Of a stretch of DNA of 64,000 bases, positions 61,101 to 64,000 are shown piece after piece; within the stretch, counting starts at the first letter, position 1; the number at the start of each line of letters is the position of its first letter. Origin of the DNA: Bugula neritina. Lineage: Eukaryota; Animalia; Bryozoa. Made by a program: the position numbers and the translations under genes. The stretch covers positions 18,352,995 to 18,416,994 of the forward strand of contig OZ037765.1 in the NCBI GenBank assembly GCA_964035545.1, given 5' to 3'. The notes below the pieces were generated by a model. It did no database searches. It was not told the origin of the DNA and saw nothing but the letters and a program-made list of their open reading frames with translations.

Positions 61101-63998
61101 CATGCCGGTGATCAGATCAACTACAATCATTTATCAGAATAAAACCAACAGAATACAGATAAGTAGCTCAACCCTGTGCACTGTTATACCTGCCAGGAAC
61201 AAGGATAAAAGAATACAGGATTTCACACCAGATACTCACTTTGGACAGTTTATCCTAGTCTAAGATCTTTGAACAAGGATTACAAGTTATTATTTCAGTA
61301 AAACAATACACAAGAGTAGGATTACCCATGGCTATTGTCTTCAAGTCGATAAGATAAGCAATTTTCTTATTGTCCTGCTGCTTCCTCTCGTTCAGACGTA
61401 TGCTGATGAGATGCGGGTTCATGAACTCAGTTCTTACAGAGCCGAGTATCTCTGCACTGCCATACTCTACCAGCGTGAGCTCCCCGGCATTGAATATCAT
61501 ACACACCTAATATATTAACATATCCAATCATGTAAGATATTTTAACTTACATACTGATCACCTCAGAAAAGTGTTATATAACAAAGTTTCAGTTGCATCA
61601 ATATTTTTTTAAAACAACATTTCTGTGTTGAAACTGAGCCCTGAACACCACTACAAACTTGTACTGTTGTGTGTATAAATTCACTCGAAAAAAGTTACAA
61701 ACAGAACGCACCGACTCATTTTCAAAGTAGAACTTTTCATTTCCTCCAGACTGTTGCCAGGGGACCTCACTTAGTTTGGCAGTAATGAGATCCCCTAAAA
61801 GAAGGGTGTCTGAGGTGTGCCCCACAAGATATCTGTCGTTGCCGAGGATTTTCACATCATCAATTTCATAGCCATAGTATGACTTCAGATTAATCTTTGT
61901 GCTAGTTTGCAGGTTCAACACCAACACCTAAAAAATACACCTCTAAATAACATGATAGTGATCATCAATTTCCTATATATGCAAATAGAATTAGCTTCTT
62001 AAAATTACATAATTTTACACACAACATACTACATTCTTATTGGATTAATGCATTTATAGTTCATACAATAGCTGTGAAGTGGGTATAATATAGTTTTTGC
62101 AGCCAATGTAATTAGTTTACATTAGAACTGTGCCTGTAAAAAGCATGTCAATTAAAGTTACCTTGCTGACATGTAAAAATAATAATGAAGTAGTTAACTA
62201 ACCTGACTCAAACCAACGTAAGTCAACTCAAACTTGTTTTTGTAAGTCTGTTTCCTGAGGGCACAGTCAAACAGCTCAACACCACCACACAGGGTACCGG
62301 CCACCAACTTGGAGCCATCTCTCTTCCAACAAAGAGAGGTTATTGTGTATAAGTTAGGAATGTCTTTCGACTTCCCCTCATCCCACATAGCCTTCCTAGG
62401 ACTCCAGTTCAGCACTCGTAATCTACACAAATCACAACTCAAGTTCAACTATCAACATGTGAATTAAATGAAAAATGAAAAAGTGAAATCTGCAAGCCAT
62501 CATCTCTTCATTTTAGTTGGGCCAAAAAACATAAACTATAACACAAATATAAGACTTACCGCAAAGAAAATATCACAATTATATACTTATATTCAGTTAT
62601 TCAGGCATCTAAAAGTTGCTTATTTCATTCTAATAGTTTAACTCGAGATATTTAAAGTTCACTGATACCTGTCATAGCTTCCTAGGACTACAGACTGGCC
62701 GCTAGGGCTACAAATGGCAACAGTAAACTCATGCTCATCATTATCACGGCTGTAGTCAAACTGCTGAATGATGCGGCCATCTTGTCTGCCATATGCTAGA
62801 ATTCGTTTGTCACACCCAGCTGCTACGACAGAGTTGTTACACCAAGCGATGGCATAAGGAGGGCAGGAATGCTGGGCAAACTTTCCCTAAACAATATTAT
62901 TAAACTGACATATTGAGCAATGCAATGATAAAAGATTGACCATGCATTCAGCTCTCTGCCTGATATAACATACTTGAATTTTCTATTGAAATCTATATAA
63001 GAACTTAAATTATGGAGCCTCGTAGAAACATTTTTGTTGAAAAAATAAATGACATGGTCAAAGAATGTGCCTGTTTTTGCTTCTTTTATGTAAGATTTTA
63101 AGACTTGATTGCAAATTGTTATAATTATATACAACGAACAATTAGTCAAATTACTCACATTGCTATCACCCTGGCCTTCATCCTCAAAATTGTATTTGAT
63201 GATAGCTCCATCTGCATGTCCAACAATAACGGCTTTTCCAGAAGGACTGCAAATAAATTGTGATTTTTCTATTAGATGATCTACATCTCATATTAAATAT
63301 TAGATAATTTTACCTAGTTCAAACAAAGCAGCCATAAAAATAAAAATTTTAAGCACCAAAAACTAATCCAAATTCAAGAAGTAATTAAATATCAAACACA
63401 ACTAATGATAGCTGAACTGATTGCAGAAACTAAATGACAAAAACTTACTGAAAATTGTACTATTAAAATGAACAAAATAAAGGTGTCCCTCTTAGCCTAG
63501 GGCCACACTGTGCGTATTTTCGCATGCGAAAATTGAAATCACAAGTAGCAAAGGTGTCCACTGTACGCGCTAAGAAAACATTCACACTTGTCGCTCAGCA
63601 TTCTCAACGCAAGTGCGAATCGTCTCTGTCGTCGTCACCTAATTGGCTGGTAGTTATTTAGCGAGCCCAATTTCTTTATTTTAGTGCTACATTCCAGTAA
63701 ATTGCGTTCTATTGAAAGCGAGTGCAATTTAAAAATGAAAGCTTTATTTATCACGCATCACTGAAGCTACAGTGGACACCTTTGCTACTTGTGGTTTCAA
63801 TTTTCGCACGCGAAAATACGCACAGTGTGGCCCTAGGCTTACTTACCTTGGTGCAAGGGATACAACATATGAATTGCCACTGTACACTTGACTTGACTTG
63901 TTTGTTTTAGGATTAGCCACTCTTACTTTGCCATCAGCTTGTCCATAGACTATTTGATCGCCAGGCAACCACACCATGCAAGTGCAAGCACTGTTCAT
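46160..63998 (-). CDS. IFT172: Intraflagellar transport protein 172 (WD40 + TPR-like repeats); 5' exons lie beyond the window
   Basis: Matches IFT172: [133 protein letters not shown]-terminal [12 protein letters not shown]. Exons (high to low): 63847-63998, 63170-63246, 62669-62886, 62203-62422, 61712-61927, 61326-61506, 61008-61121, 59621-59788, 59342-59478, 58853-58960, 58353-58518, 57507-57647, 56983-57096, 56615-56765, 56379-56499, 55334-55571, 54961-55194, 54286-54402, 54019-54161, 53650-53784, 53145-53291, 50873-51040, 50505-50640, 50244-50342, 49794-49967, 49111-49197, 48616-48846, 47541-47756, 47236-47394, 46687-46840, 46160-46341. Confidence 0.97.
47811..47972. mobile_element. ~160-bp MITE-like element (family B)
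   Basis: ~30-bp imperfect TIRs (aggtacagcaatggagaaattgagaaaagcc / ggactatctcaatttctccactactgctcct); homologous to 1980-2141 in inverted orientation. Confidence 0.75.
51281..52653 (+). mobile_element. 5'-truncated, inactivated RTE-type LINE, antisense in an IFT172 intron
   Basis: RT motifs [47 protein letters not shown] mutated to *ADD (taa gcg gat gac), [18 protein letters not shown]. Has a stop at 51613, a frameshift near 51900, a (TGAG)n tail and a 17-bp TSD atttcaaactcatactt (51264-51280 / 52654-52670). Confidence 0.95.
53378..53457. repeat. Degenerate (gtatta/gtattg)n hexamer microsatellite
   Basis: Seen directly. Confidence 0.8.
55660..55945 (+). mobile_element. Highly decayed RTE-like reverse transcriptase fragment
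   Basis: Translations [22 protein letters not shown] and [17 protein letters not shown] resemble the RTE-clade RT segments that follow the KAYD and FADD motifs; the tract is purine-rich unlike the surrounding intron. Confidence 0.55.
63495..63838. mobile_element. 344-bp MITE (family A) with TTA target-site duplication, adjacent to an IFT172 splice donor
   Basis: ~70-bp TIRs; TTA at 63492-63494 and 63839-63841; inverted near-copy of 11556-11899. Confidence 0.95.
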
Positions 63999-64000
63999 CT

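Overview
AT-rich, intron-dense eukaryotic DNA from an invertebrate-like animal; the species cannot be determined from the sequence. Five protein-coding genes are present. (1) DENND4/Crag-type Rab GEF, + strand, 5' end outside the window, about 35 exons seen, stop at 23956. (2) Intronless xylulose kinase XYLB, - strand. (3) Class III GLUT (SLC2A10/12-like) sugar transporter, + strand, head-to-head with XYLB. (4) Rhodopsin-class peptide GPCR of the DmsR/dmsr-1 (Srw) type with an intronless CDS, - strand. (5) IFT172, - strand, 5' end beyond the window. The introns hold a 3.6-kb TIR DNA transposon with a nested 344-bp MITE, a second copy of that MITE abutting an IFT172 splice donor, a ~160-bp MITE family, a tRNA-derived SINE family, a 5'-truncated RTE-type LINE with a 17-bp TSD, an older LINE relic and several minisatellites. 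The most notable observations are a 44-bp minisatellite that repeats a splice acceptor nine times, the divergent XYLB/sugar-transporter pair with a retrogene-like XYLB, and probable 3' overlap of DENND4 and XYLB. I found no clearly new multi-gene system. Exon boundaries were read by eye and family assignments come from recognition, not database searches.
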